Assembly: GCA_029060985.1 (NCBI GenBank)
Contig: JAIDSX010000064.1
Location: 1,838 to 65,837, forward strand
Length of the DNA stretch: 64,000 bases
Reading direction: 5' to 3'
From: Clostridia bacterium
GTDB taxonomy: Bacteria; Bacillota; Clostridia; Christensenellales; Borkfalkiaceae
This document shows positions 18,520 through 26,884 of the stretch, piece after piece. Below the pieces are notes generated by a model, which saw nothing but the letters and a program-made list of their open reading frames with translations, ran no database searches and had not been told where the DNA came from. Positions within the stretch are counted from its first letter, which is position 1, and the number at the start of each line of letters is the position of its first letter. The position numbers and the translations under genes are program-made.

Positions 18520-20433
18520 TTAAATGTCTAAGTCTTTTACGAGCGTTGCGTTCTCTTCGATGAACTGACGGCGGAGCGAAGGATTCTCACCCATGAGGAT
18601 CGTGAACATTTTGTCCGCCTCGACCGCGTCCTCCATGCGCACCTTGATGAGCGTGCGGGTCGCGGGATTCATGGTCGTATCCCAAAGCTGTTCGGTGCTC
18701 ATTTCGCCCAGACCTTTGTAGCGTTGGTATTCCACCTTGTTATTGTTCTCCGCGTCGTATGCGGTCTTTTCCTCTTCGGAATACAGATACCTGTCCTCTT
18801 TGCCCTTGCAGCTCGCCTTATACAGCGGAGGCATTGCCGAATACACGTGCCCGTGCTCGATAAGCGGGCGCATATAGCGGAAGAGGAAGGTCAAAAACAG
18901 AATACGGATATGCGCGCCGTCAACGTCCGCATCGGTCATGGAGATAATGCGGTCGTAGCGCAATTTGCTCTCGTCGAAGTCGTCCAAAATGCCGCAGCCG
19001 AACGCCGTGATCATCGCCTTGATTTCCGCGTTTTCGAGCACGCGGTTGAGGCGCACCTTCTCTACGTTGAGGATTTTACCGCGAAGAGGAAGGATTGCCT
19101 GGAATCTTCTGTCTCTGCCCTGCTTTGCCGTGCCGCCTGCCGAGTCGCCCTCGACGATATAGATTTCGCACAATTCGGGCCGCTTGTCCGAGCAGTCCGC
19201 AAGTTTTCCGGGGAGCGTCGTCGATTCCAAAATTCCCTTGCGGCGGGTCAGCTCTCTTGCGTTCCTTGCGGCGTCGCGCGCCTTCTGCGCCGTGATACAA
19301 CGAAGAACGAGCTCGCGCGCCTCCTGCGGGTGCTCTTCGATATAAGTGCCGAAGCGCTCCGATACGCTCTTCGAAACGAAGGTGCGGATAAAGGAGTTGT
19401 TCAGCTTGTCCTTCGTCTGCGATTCGAACTGCGCGTTTTCGAGCTTGACGGAGACGACGGCGGTAATGCCCTCGCGCACGTCCTCGCCCGTGAGCTTGTC
19501 GCTTTCCTTCAAAATGTTCAGCTTCTTGCCCGCGTCGTTGATGATCTTCGTCAGCGCGAGCTTCAAGCCCTCGACGTGCGTTCCGCCGTCGATCGTGTTG
19601 ACGTTGTTCGCGTAGGAATAGATAATTTCGTTATAGCTCTCGTTATATTGCAGAGCGATTTCACAGACCGTCGTTCCCTGCTGATCCTCGAAATAGAGGG
19701 GCTCTGCAAACAGCGTCTCCGCGCCCTTGTTGATCTCCTGCACGAGCTCGCGGATACCGCCCTCGTAGCAGAAGGTGTCCGTGCGCTCCTTGCCCTCGCG
19801 CTTGTCGGTCAAGGTGATTCTCAGACCCTTGTTGAGGAAGGCAAGCTCCTTTAAGCGGGCTTTGAGCGTTTCGTATTTGAATACGATGGTTTCGAAGATT
19901 TCCGCATCGGGGAAGAAGGTGACCTTCGTACCCGTCTTGTCGGTATCGCCGATGATCTGCAAAGAACGCTGCGGCACGCCGCGGTTGTAGACCTGCTTGT
20001 AAATATGCCCGTTCTGCGAGACCTCGACTTCCAGCCATTCGGACAGCGCGTTGACCGCCTTCACGCCCACGCCGTGCAGTCCCGAGGAGACCTTATAGCC
20101 GGAGTCGCCGCCGAACTTACCGCCCGCGTTGACCTTTGTAAACACGACCTCCACGGTGGAAATCTTTTCCTTGGGGTGGATCGCCGTGGGAATACCGCGC
20201 CCGTTATCCACAACCGTGCACGACCCGTCGGGATTGACGGTCACCTCGACATGGGTACAGTAACCCGCAAGCGCCTCGTCGATCGAGTTATCCACGACCT
20301 CGCTCACGAGGTGGTGAAGTCCCTTTTCGTCCGTGGAGCTGATGTACATTCCGGGGCGTTTTCTGATGTGTTCGAGTCCGTCAAGGACTTGAATTTGTTC
20401 CGCACCGTACACTGCTTTTACCTTTTCAGCCAT
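18520..20433 (-). CDS. gyrB: DNA gyrase subunit B
   Basis: 637 aa. GLEHIRKRPGMYI, GHKL ATPase and Toprim motifs (EIYIVEGDSAGG, MTDADVDGAHI). 13 nt upstream of gyrA. Confidence 0.97.
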   Translation of the reverse strand: MAEKVKAVYGAEQIQVLDGLEHIRKRPGMYISSTDEKGLHHLVSEVVDNSIDEALAGYCTHVEVTVNPDGSCTVVDNGRGIPTAIHPKEKISTVEVVFTKVNAGGKFGGDSGYKVSSGLHGVGVKAVNALSEWLEVEVSQNGHIYKQVYNRGVPQRSLQIIGDTDKTGTKVTFFPDAEIFETIVFKYETLKARLKELAFLNKGLRITLTDKREGKERTDTFCYEGGIRELVQEINKGAETLFAEPLYFEDQQGTTVCEIALQYNESYNEIIYSYANNVNTIDGGTHVEGLKLALTKIINDAGKKLNILKESDKLTGEDVREGITAVVSVKLENAQFESQTKDKLNNSFIRTFVSKSVSERFGTYIEEHPQEARELVLRCITAQKARDAARNARELTRRKGILESTTLPGKLADCSDKRPELCEIYIVEGDSAGGTAKQGRDRRFQAILPLRGKILNVEKVRLNRVLENAEIKAMITAFGCGILDDFDESKLRYDRIISMTDADVDGAHIRILFLTFLFRYMRPLIEHGHVYSAMPPLYKASCKGKEDRYLYSEEEKTAYDAENNNKVEYQRYKGLGEMSTEQLWDTTMNPATRTLIKVRMEDAVEADKMFTILMGENPSLRRQFIEENATLVKDLDI

Positions 20434-20450
20434 AATTCCTCCATATTTCT

Positions 20451-20480
20451 ACGCGCGCACGCGTGCGCGCACGCGCGCGT
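20451..20480 (-). promoter_or_regulatory. 30-nt strictly alternating purine-pyrimidine GC tract / stable hairpin in the gyrB 5' leader
   Basis: acgcgcgcacgcgtgcgcgcacgcgcgcgt is (RY)15. As RNA it folds into a 12-bp stem with a 6-nt loop, extended by the flanking ATTTCT/AGAAAT arms (20445-20489). It ends 2 nt from the GGAGG SD (20438-20442). Confidence 0.6.
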
Positions 20481-20519
20481 AAAAGAAATAGCGCTTTTTT
20501 TGCGCCTTTGTTCTTAAAT

Positions 20520-20548
20520 ATTATAACATAAAGTTCATAAATTGTACA
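20520..20548 (-). promoter_or_regulatory. Putative gyrB promoter (extended -10)
   Basis: Minus strand: TGTACA, 17 nt (ending in TGt), then TATAAT. This would give a leader of about 80 nt containing the RY hairpin. Confidence 0.45.
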
Positions 20549-20554
20549 GTGAAT

Positions 20555-20611
20555 TGTGGAAAAATTTTTGGAATTTTCCACCAAAAAATAAAAGTTTTCC
20601 ACTGTGGAAAA
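20555..20611. promoter_or_regulatory. Four degenerate DnaA-box-like TTTTCCAC(A) motifs; the last two form the dus terminator palindrome
   Basis: tgtggaaaa 20555-20563, ttttccacc 20574-20582, ttttccact 20595-20603, tgtggaaaa 20603-20611. Each has 1-2 mismatches to TTATCCACA. Confidence 0.35.
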
Positions 20612-20616
20612 CTTTT

Positions 20617-21549
20617 TTAATTGAAAATTTCTTCCGCGAGGCGGGCGACCTCTTCCGTCGTCTGCGCCCCGAAAAGTCTGCGCTTATACTCCGCCGCGCC
20701 CTGCTTGCCCTTGATATAGAACGCCGCCATTTTTCGCATGAACACGGTGGCAAACCGCTCGCCGTAGAGCTCCTTCGTTTGAGTTAGTTGCTTCAAAAAC
20801 AGCTCGCGCATGGGCGGAGGCTCGATTCCCGCGATATCCGCAAACACCTGCGGGCGGTACAGCGCGGCGCGGGCGATCATCACCCCGTCCGCACCCGTGC
20901 GGGCAATCGTCTTTTCCGCGTCGCTCTTCGACCAAATTCCTCCGTTTGCAATCACGGGGATTTTGACTGCATTCTTTGCCGCCGCGATCTCGTCATAGTC
21001 GGGTGCGCCCGCATACACCCTTTCGCGTGACCTGCCGTGTACCGTAATCATGCACGCGCCCGCCCCCTCGCAAAGCCTTGCAAATTCGGCGGTGATTTTT
21101 TTATCTTCCGTGACGCCCGTGCGAAATTTCACGGAAATCCTCTTCCCGCTCTTTGCGCATTCGGAAATGATTTTTTCGGCAAGCGGAAGATTTTCGAGTA
21201 GCGCGCTCCCTTCGCCGTTCTTTATAATCTTGGGCATGGGACAACCCATGTTGATATCGATCAAATCGAAGGGCGCAAGTTCTTCGCTCTCGCACGCCGC
21301 GCGCATGAGGTCGGGCTCGCTTCCGAAAATCTGCGCCGCCTTGGGTGATTCGTCCCCGCAATATAAGAGCTTTTTCGTCTCCTCACTGCCGTAGTGAAGC
21401 CCCTTTGCGCTGACCATTTCGGTGAACGTAAGCCCCGCGCCAAGCCCCCTGCACAGCTCGCGGAAGGGATAATTCGTGTACCCCGCAAGGGGCGCTAAAA
21501 AGACGTTGTTCGGGCAGGCCATGCCCGCGACGTTAATTTTTGCAAACAT
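20617..21549 (-). CDS. dus: tRNA-dihydrouridine synthase
   Basis: 310 aa from the internal ATG (MFAKINVAG...). Motifs LAPLAGYTNYPFR, IDINMGCP and ITVHGR. The track ORF extends to 21657 inside the upstream gene. Confidence 0.88.
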   Translation of the reverse strand: MFAKINVAGMACPNNVFLAPLAGYTNYPFRELCRGLGAGLTFTEMVSAKGLHYGSEETKKLLYCGDESPKAAQIFGSEPDLMRAACESEELAPFDLIDINMGCPMPKIIKNGEGSALLENLPLAEKIISECAKSGKRISVKFRTGVTEDKKITAEFARLCEGAGACMITVHGRSRERVYAGAPDYDEIAAAKNAVKIPVIANGGIWSKSDAEKTIARTGADGVMIARAALYRPQVFADIAGIEPPPMRELFLKQLTQTKELYGERFATVFMRKMAAFYIKGKQGAAEYKRRLFGAQTTEEVARLAEEIFN

Positions 21550-22642
21550 TCTCTTTCGCCTTTTTGTAATACGCGACCCACTCTTCGTCGGAAAGATTAT
21601 GCACGTCCTTGCCGTCCGCAAGCACCAAACGCTCCCATTCCGTGTACCGCTTTGCAACCTTTTTGACCGTGTCTAAAAGCGCCTGTTCGCTGTCGATTCC
21701 AAGCATATACGCCGTGTGCATAAAGACCATTAAAAGATCGCCGAACTCGCTTTGGATACTCGCCTTATCGCCCGATCTGATTGCCTCTTCCAATTCTCTT
21801 GTCTCTTCGTCGAATTTGTTTTTACAGTTTTGGGGAGTCTGAAAATTCCAGCCGCCCTTCGCCATACGCTTGACGATCTTCTGCGCGCGGAGAAGCGCGG
21901 GGAAGCACTGCGGCACGTCGTTCACCGCGTCGGAGAAGGTCGTCTGGTGCTTCTCCGTCATTTTGTTCTTGTCCCACACGGAGAGCGCGCCGTCCGCGCC
22001 CTTCGCGCTGTCGCCGCCAAACACGTGCGTATGGCGGGAGACGAGCTTTTTACAAACCCCGCTCACCATATCGCCCGCGTTAAACCTGCCCCGTTCCTCT
22101 TCAATCAATGCGTGAAACACCGCCTGCATGAGAACGTCGCCCGTCTCTTCGCACATCTTTTCGGGGTCGTCGAGATCGATCGCGTCCACAAGCTCGTACG
22201 CCTCTTCGATCATGTTGATACGAATGCTTTCGTGCGTCTGCACTCTGTCCCACGGACAGCCGTCGGGGGCGCGCAAACGCTTTAATATGTACAAAAAATC
22301 CTGATAGGTAAACCGTTCTTTTTTGACGAGCTCTTCGTCCGGAATCGTTTTATAGGAACAGCAGTCGATCGTAGAAACGCCCTTCTCTCTCATGAGCGCG
22401 GAAGCTACGGGATCGTCGAACACGCTCCCGCCCACGCAGTAGCAAATATCTTTTTTCTGCGCTTCCTTCAAAAGCTCCTCTTGGAAAAGCCCGCACGCTT
22501 CGAATTTAATTTTTTCTTCCTTGAAATCGGCGAGAGCTTCCCCGCCGTCTTTCACAAAGACCTTATTCGCTTTTTTCAGCGCTTTGAGTGCGGAGAGGGT
22601 CAGCTCTCCCCTTTCGTTTCCGAGACCGATTACCGTAAGCAT
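21533..22642 (-). CDS. yabN: YabN-type protein: degenerate tetrapyrrole-methylase-like N-domain fused to MazG nucleoside triphosphate pyrophosphohydrolase
   Basis: 369 aa. MazG motifs (CPWDRVQTHESI, EEAYELVDAI, EFGDLLMV). Sits in the spoVT-yabM-yabN synteny. Confidence 0.85.
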   Translation of the reverse strand: MLTVIGLGNERGELTLSALKALKKANKVFVKDGGEALADFKEEKIKFEACGLFQEELLKEAQKKDICYCVGGSVFDDPVASALMREKGVSTIDCCSYKTIPDEELVKKERFTYQDFLYILKRLRAPDGCPWDRVQTHESIRINMIEEAYELVDAIDLDDPEKMCEETGDVLMQAVFHALIEEERGRFNAGDMVSGVCKKLVSRHTHVFGGDSAKGADGALSVWDKNKMTEKHQTTFSDAVNDVPQCFPALLRAQKIVKRMAKGGWNFQTPQNCKNKFDEETRELEEAIRSGDKASIQSEFGDLLMVFMHTAYMLGIDSEQALLDTVKKVAKRYTEWERLVLADGKDVHNLSDEEWVAYYKKAKENVCKN

Positions 22643-22646
22643 TCTT

Positions 22647-23981
22647 TTACGCCTCTTTTGATTTTAACTTTCCCGCAAGCAACGATTTGCTTTTCGGTAC
22701 TCTCCAAGTATAAACCGAATCGAGGAAAAAAGCAACTAAATAGCAGGCGTTCGAGGCGATTGCCGCGCCCCCGACGGAGAGCGCGGGGTTGGATACGAGA
22801 AGCCATTGCAGAGCGAATTTCACGACGACGGCAACGAGCATTGCCCGCGCCGCGCACTTCGCCCGCCCCATACCCGTAAGACAGGCGGACAGCGTATTGA
22901 CCGCGGCAAGCGACACGGCGGAAACTGACGAGAGCCTTACGAGCGCGACGACGGTTTTCAGATCGGCTTCGGAAAGGCTTGCGTATAAAAGCCTTACCAC
23001 GGGGGAAGCGAACGCAAACAAAAACACGGCGCACGGAACGGAAAACGCGAAGGTGAAAAGTAGCGCGAGGGCGGCGTTCTTCCGCGTGCCCTCGATATCC
23101 CCGCGGGACGCGCTCGAAGAGACGAGCGGGATCGCCGCGGCAACGAATCCGCCCGCAAGCGTTGCGGGCAGATCAATCAAAGACATGACCCCGCCCGAAT
23201 ACAGTCCGTAGAGGGACACGGCGCGGTCGGTATAGCCCTTCATGAGCCGCACGATCACGATACTGTCGAGGGTGCGCGAGAGCGGCAGAATCGCGGTTGC
23301 AACCATGACGGGCAGCACCACACCGAACAACGAATAGCCGTTGACCTTGCGAAGGGACTTTATCTTCCGCTCCCCCTTATATCTCATCAACAGGTAGACG
23401 AGGGCGCAGAGCTCCGAAATGGTAACGCCCAACAGAGCGAGCATTGCGCCCCGCACGGGGTCGCCCGCGATACGCGCCGCAATAAAGCCGAAGCCCGCCT
23501 TGACGGCTTGCTCGACGACGGTGGAAAAGGCGGTGGGGATCATGTCGTTTCTGCCCTGAAAATAGCCCCTTAAAACGGACACGAGCGCGACCAAAAAGAC
23601 GGACGGCGCAAGCGCCAGATAACAGGCGGTCAAATTTTGATCGCCCTGCAAGCCGCTCATGAGGGCGGCGACGGCGCACATCAAGAGCGCGCCCGAAAGC
23701 CCGATAAACGCAAACAGGCGGAGCGCCGTTTTCATATGCCCCGTCGTCTCCCGCCCGCGCGCGGACTCCGCCGAAACGACGCGCGAAAGCGCCGACGGAA
23801 TCCCCGCCGACGAAAAGGTCAAAAAAAGAAGAAAGAGCGGATACGCCATTTGATAGAGTCCTATGCCGTAGCTGCCCAAAATTCCCGTGAGCGAAATGCG
23901 GTAAAACGCTCCGATTGCCTTGGCTATCAAAAATCCGCCCGTCATTACCGCCGCGCTTTTTATAAATTTCGCGTGCTTCAT
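22647..23981 (-). CDS. MOP-superfamily polysaccharide/lipid II flippase (YabM/SpoVB-like)
   Basis: 444 aa, multi-pass membrane protein. N-terminus KSAAVMTGGFLIAKAIGAFYRI is typical of the MurJ/SpoVB family. Lies between spoVT and yabN. Confidence 0.8.
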   Translation of the reverse strand: MKHAKFIKSAAVMTGGFLIAKAIGAFYRISLTGILGSYGIGLYQMAYPLFLLFLTFSSAGIPSALSRVVSAESARGRETTGHMKTALRLFAFIGLSGALLMCAVAALMSGLQGDQNLTACYLALAPSVFLVALVSVLRGYFQGRNDMIPTAFSTVVEQAVKAGFGFIAARIAGDPVRGAMLALLGVTISELCALVYLLMRYKGERKIKSLRKVNGYSLFGVVLPVMVATAILPLSRTLDSIVIVRLMKGYTDRAVSLYGLYSGGVMSLIDLPATLAGGFVAAAIPLVSSSASRGDIEGTRKNAALALLFTFAFSVPCAVFLFAFASPVVRLLYASLSEADLKTVVALVRLSSVSAVSLAAVNTLSACLTGMGRAKCAARAMLVAVVVKFALQWLLVSNPALSVGGAAIASNACYLVAFFLDSVYTWRVPKSKSLLAGKLKSKEA

Positions 23982-24021
23982 TATGTAGAAATTCTTTCCC
24001 TAAGGAAAAGAATTTTCGTTG

Positions 24022-24567
24022 TTACTCGAATTGATTTGCTAAAATATCCGCGGTTAATCTAGCGAGCTTTACCGCCGAGGCTTCCATCTCCGCGCCCTCG
24101 TCGCGGGAAAGAAGAATGACCGTACCGAGGCAGTCGCCGTTCGCTACGACGGGCACGATGATTTCCGCCGTGTACTCGCCCTCGCCGCCCGAAACGGGGT
24201 CGTACACCACGCCGCCCTCCGCCTTGTTCGCAAGATAGCTTCTACGCGAGTTCATGATTTCCGTCACCTTTTCCGAAACAGTCTTGCCCACAAGGTCGCG
24301 CTTGTTTACGCCGTATGCGCTTAACACCGTGTCGGTATCCGTGATCGCGGCAAGATAACCGCTCTGCTCGTTTAAGGACTTTGCCGTTCCCTCCGAAAAA
24401 CGCCCGATAGAGGCGATGGGAGAATACTTTTTGAGCATCAGCTCGTCGCGGTCGGTAAAGAGTTCTAAGGGGTCGCCCTCGCGGATACGAAGCGTACGGC
24501 GTATCTCCTTGGGGATAACCACCCTGCCGAGCTCGTCGATCCGTCTTACGATTCCCGTTGCTTTCAT
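24022..24567 (-). CDS. spoVT: Stage V sporulation protein T (AbrB-family regulator with GAF-like C-domain)
   Basis: 181 aa from ATG 24567. MKATGIVRRIDELGRVVIPKEIRRTLRIREGDPLE is the SpoVT/AbrB swapped-hairpin N-domain. Confidence 0.92.
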   Translation of the reverse strand: MKATGIVRRIDELGRVVIPKEIRRTLRIREGDPLELFTDRDELMLKKYSPIASIGRFSEGTAKSLNEQSGYLAAITDTDTVLSAYGVNKRDLVGKTVSEKVTEIMNSRRSYLANKAEGGVVYDPVSGGEGEYTAEIIVPVVANGDCLGTVILLSRDEGAEMEASAVKLARLTADILANQFE

Positions 24568-24570
24568 AAT

Positions 24571-24607
24571 AAAAAAACCTCCGTATACCGTCATTATGCG
24601 GAGGCTT
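24571..24607 (-). terminator. Hairpin plus U-run after the rRNA methyltransferase gene; its 3' arm contains the spoVT SD
   Basis: Minus strand: cctccgcataatgacggtatacggagg ttttttt att ATG. Confidence 0.5.
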
Positions 24608-24635
24608 GGAATTATTATACATTGTTACTGTTACT

Positions 24636-25919
24636 TTACATTTTTCGTAACCCTTTGGGCAAATGATTTTTCAAAACGCCGTTCACGCACTTTGCAAGTC
24701 CCAACGGGTATTTATCGAAGCCGACCACGCACCAGCCGTTTTCGAGTTCCCTTGAAAGCGTTTCGCCCGATAAATACCGCTCGCACTCTTCGGGAGAGAG
24801 CGCAACGAAATGCTTGACCTCTTCGCGCTTCACGCTCATGGCAAGCGCATGGGCGGGCTTGAAAATCCTGCCGTCGAACTCGCCAAGCTCCACGCCCAAG
24901 CGCAGCGTACGCACGCCAAGCGCGGGCATACCCGCGGGTACTAAGTACATTCTTCCGTCGTCGAGGGTCGTGATCTCTCCCTTGGGCAACACCGCAAAAA
25001 AATCCTTTGCAAACTCCGCAAATGCTTTATTCGCTTGCGCGTTCCGCTTAATAGGATAGGGCTTTGCGTTCTTTGTCTCCCCGCCGACTTTCCTGAGGCG
25101 GGCGCAGTAGTGTCCCTCACCCTTTTCCAGATAGGGGTACAGCTTGTGCTCCTGTTCCAACACAAACTCAGGGTGACGCTCTACAAATGCACGAATCTGC
25201 CACTCGTCCTCTTCCTCGGAAAAGGTGCAGGTGGAATACACGAGATGCCCGCCGCCCGCAACCATTTGTGCGGCGCAGTCTAAAATTTCCTTCTGTCTTG
25301 CGGCGCAGAGGGCAACGTTGTTCTCGCTCCAATGCGGGATCGCCTCGGGCTCTTTCTTGAACATTCCCTCACCCGAACAGGGCGCGTCCACTAATACCAA
25401 GTCAAAATAACAAGGAAACTTTTCGGTAAGCTGTGCGGGCGTTGCGTTCGTGACGGCGCAGTTTTTGATTCCCATACGCTCCACGTTCTGCGATAAAATT
25501 TTCGCTCTGCCCGCGTCGATTTCGTTGGAAATCAAAATCCCGTCCCCTTCCATTTGCGCGGCGATAGCCGTAGTCTTTCCGCCGGGGGCGGCGCACAAGT
25601 CGAGCACGCGCTCCTTTTTGCACGCGTTCGTATACTCGCCCACGCACATGGCGGAGGGTTCCTGCAAATAGTAAAGTCCCGCGAAGTGCTCTTTGTATGA
25701 GCCCGCCTTTTCCTCTTCGATATAAAAGCCGTTCTCTTCCCAATCGGTTTGCTCGCCGAGATAAAAAGGCGCAAGGTCTAAAAAGTCCTCTAAGCTAATT
25801 TTAAGCGTGTTCACGCGCAAAGCCTTATAGGGCGGTTTCTCGTAAGAAGCCAAAAAGGCGGGGTATTCCTTGCCCAGCCTTTCTTTCATTCTCTCTAAAA
25901 ATTTTTCGGGAAGATTCAT
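24636..25919 (-). CDS. RsmB/RsmF-type (NOL1/NOP2/Sun) rRNA cytosine-C5 methyltransferase
   Basis: 427 aa. SAM motif LDLCAAPGGKT and catalytic DAPCSGEGMFKK ... YSTCT motifs. Confidence 0.88.
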   Translation of the reverse strand: MNLPEKFLERMKERLGKEYPAFLASYEKPPYKALRVNTLKISLEDFLDLAPFYLGEQTDWEENGFYIEEEKAGSYKEHFAGLYYLQEPSAMCVGEYTNACKKERVLDLCAAPGGKTTAIAAQMEGDGILISNEIDAGRAKILSQNVERMGIKNCAVTNATPAQLTEKFPCYFDLVLVDAPCSGEGMFKKEPEAIPHWSENNVALCAARQKEILDCAAQMVAGGGHLVYSTCTFSEEEDEWQIRAFVERHPEFVLEQEHKLYPYLEKGEGHYCARLRKVGGETKNAKPYPIKRNAQANKAFAEFAKDFFAVLPKGEITTLDDGRMYLVPAGMPALGVRTLRLGVELGEFDGRIFKPAHALAMSVKREEVKHFVALSPEECERYLSGETLSRELENGWCVVGFDKYPLGLAKCVNGVLKNHLPKGLRKM

Positions 25920-26884
25920 ACCGTCTCCAAACCCCGTTCGATACTTTGCGCCGCGTCGCTGAGCGGAACGAACTTCGCGCCGTTCTCCACGGCGTTCAAA
26001 TAGCGTTTGCCCCCCTCTTCCTCCGCTATGTATATATCGCAGTCCTGCGGACGGGAAGTGTATTTTCCGCCCGAGGCAAACACCGCGCCCGCAAGCTCCA
26101 CGGAGAAGGGAACGTTGTTTTCGATCTCCTTCGAGAAGCAGAACCGCTTGCCCAGATTCACCCCGCTCTTTTTCTTGCGGTAGTTGTTCTTGTTTACAAA
26201 GTTGAAAAAAGTCTCCCGCGCGGCGGCGCGCTTTTTGTGTTCCTCGTCCCGCTTCTTGTAGTAGGCGCGAAGCCCCTCGGAATCGGGCTGGGAAATTTTA
26301 TAGGAAGAAATCTTTCCGGGGCGCATTTTATACTTTTCGCAGAGCCCCTTGATATCCGTGCCCTCGCGCTTGCACAATGCCTCGCACACGCGCATGGTGG
26401 CGTACGCGTCGTCGGCGGCGCGGTGCGGCACGAACTCCACGCCGAGCTGTTCCGCCATTGCCCCTAAGCCGCACTGCCGAGTATAGTCGCTCTCCGTGTT
26501 CATGTAGAAGAATTGCGTATCGTGATAGCAGAAACGGAAGGACGGAAGATGATAACGCTTGGTCTCCAAATTGAGGTAGTTCACGTCGTTATGCGTGGCG
26601 TGCCCCAGGACGATCGCTTCGGGGTCTTCCAAAAGCGCCTTGATCTTTCCGTAAACTGCGGGAAAGACGGGATAGGACTTGAAGTTCTCGTAATCATAGG
26701 GAAGCTCAATCCCGTCGCTTCCTTTTCTATCGGTCAAATGGAACTTCCCCTTCGGATTGATAAGGATATCTTCCTTTTCGAGAACGTTATAGTTCTCGTC
26801 CGTGACCGTGTAGCCGAACGCGCATATCTTCGCCGTGTACTTGTATACGCAGGCGCACTCTATGTCGAAAAATACGTACTTCAT
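25916..26884 (-). CDS. DEDDh 3'-5' exonuclease domain protein with a BRCT-like C-terminal domain
   Basis: 322 aa. Exo motifs FFDIECA, GHATHNDVNYL and HRAADDAYAT. C-terminal KRFCFSKEI...IYIAEEEGGKRY resembles BRCT. ATGA overlaps on both sides. Confidence 0.7.
   Translation of the reverse strand: MKYVFFDIECACVYKYTAKICAFGYTVTDENYNVLEKEDILINPKGKFHLTDRKGSDGIELPYDYENFKSYPVFPAVYGKIKALLEDPEAIVLGHATHNDVNYLNLETKRYHLPSFRFCYHDTQFFYMNTESDYTRQCGLGAMAEQLGVEFVPHRAADDAYATMRVCEALCKREGTDIKGLCEKYKMRPGKISSYKISQPDSEGLRAYYKKRDEEHKKRAAARETFFNFVNKNNYRKKKSGVNLGKRFCFSKEIENNVPFSVELAGAVFASGGKYTSRPQDCDIYIAEEEGGKRYLNAVENGAKFVPLSDAAQSIERGLETV

Noticed and set aside
21533-21657. Long 346-aa version of the dus ORF overlapping yabN by 125 nt.
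   Set aside because: The N-terminal 36 residues are unprotein-like and overlap the conserved C-terminus of YabN. The Dus homology begins at the internal Met (21549).
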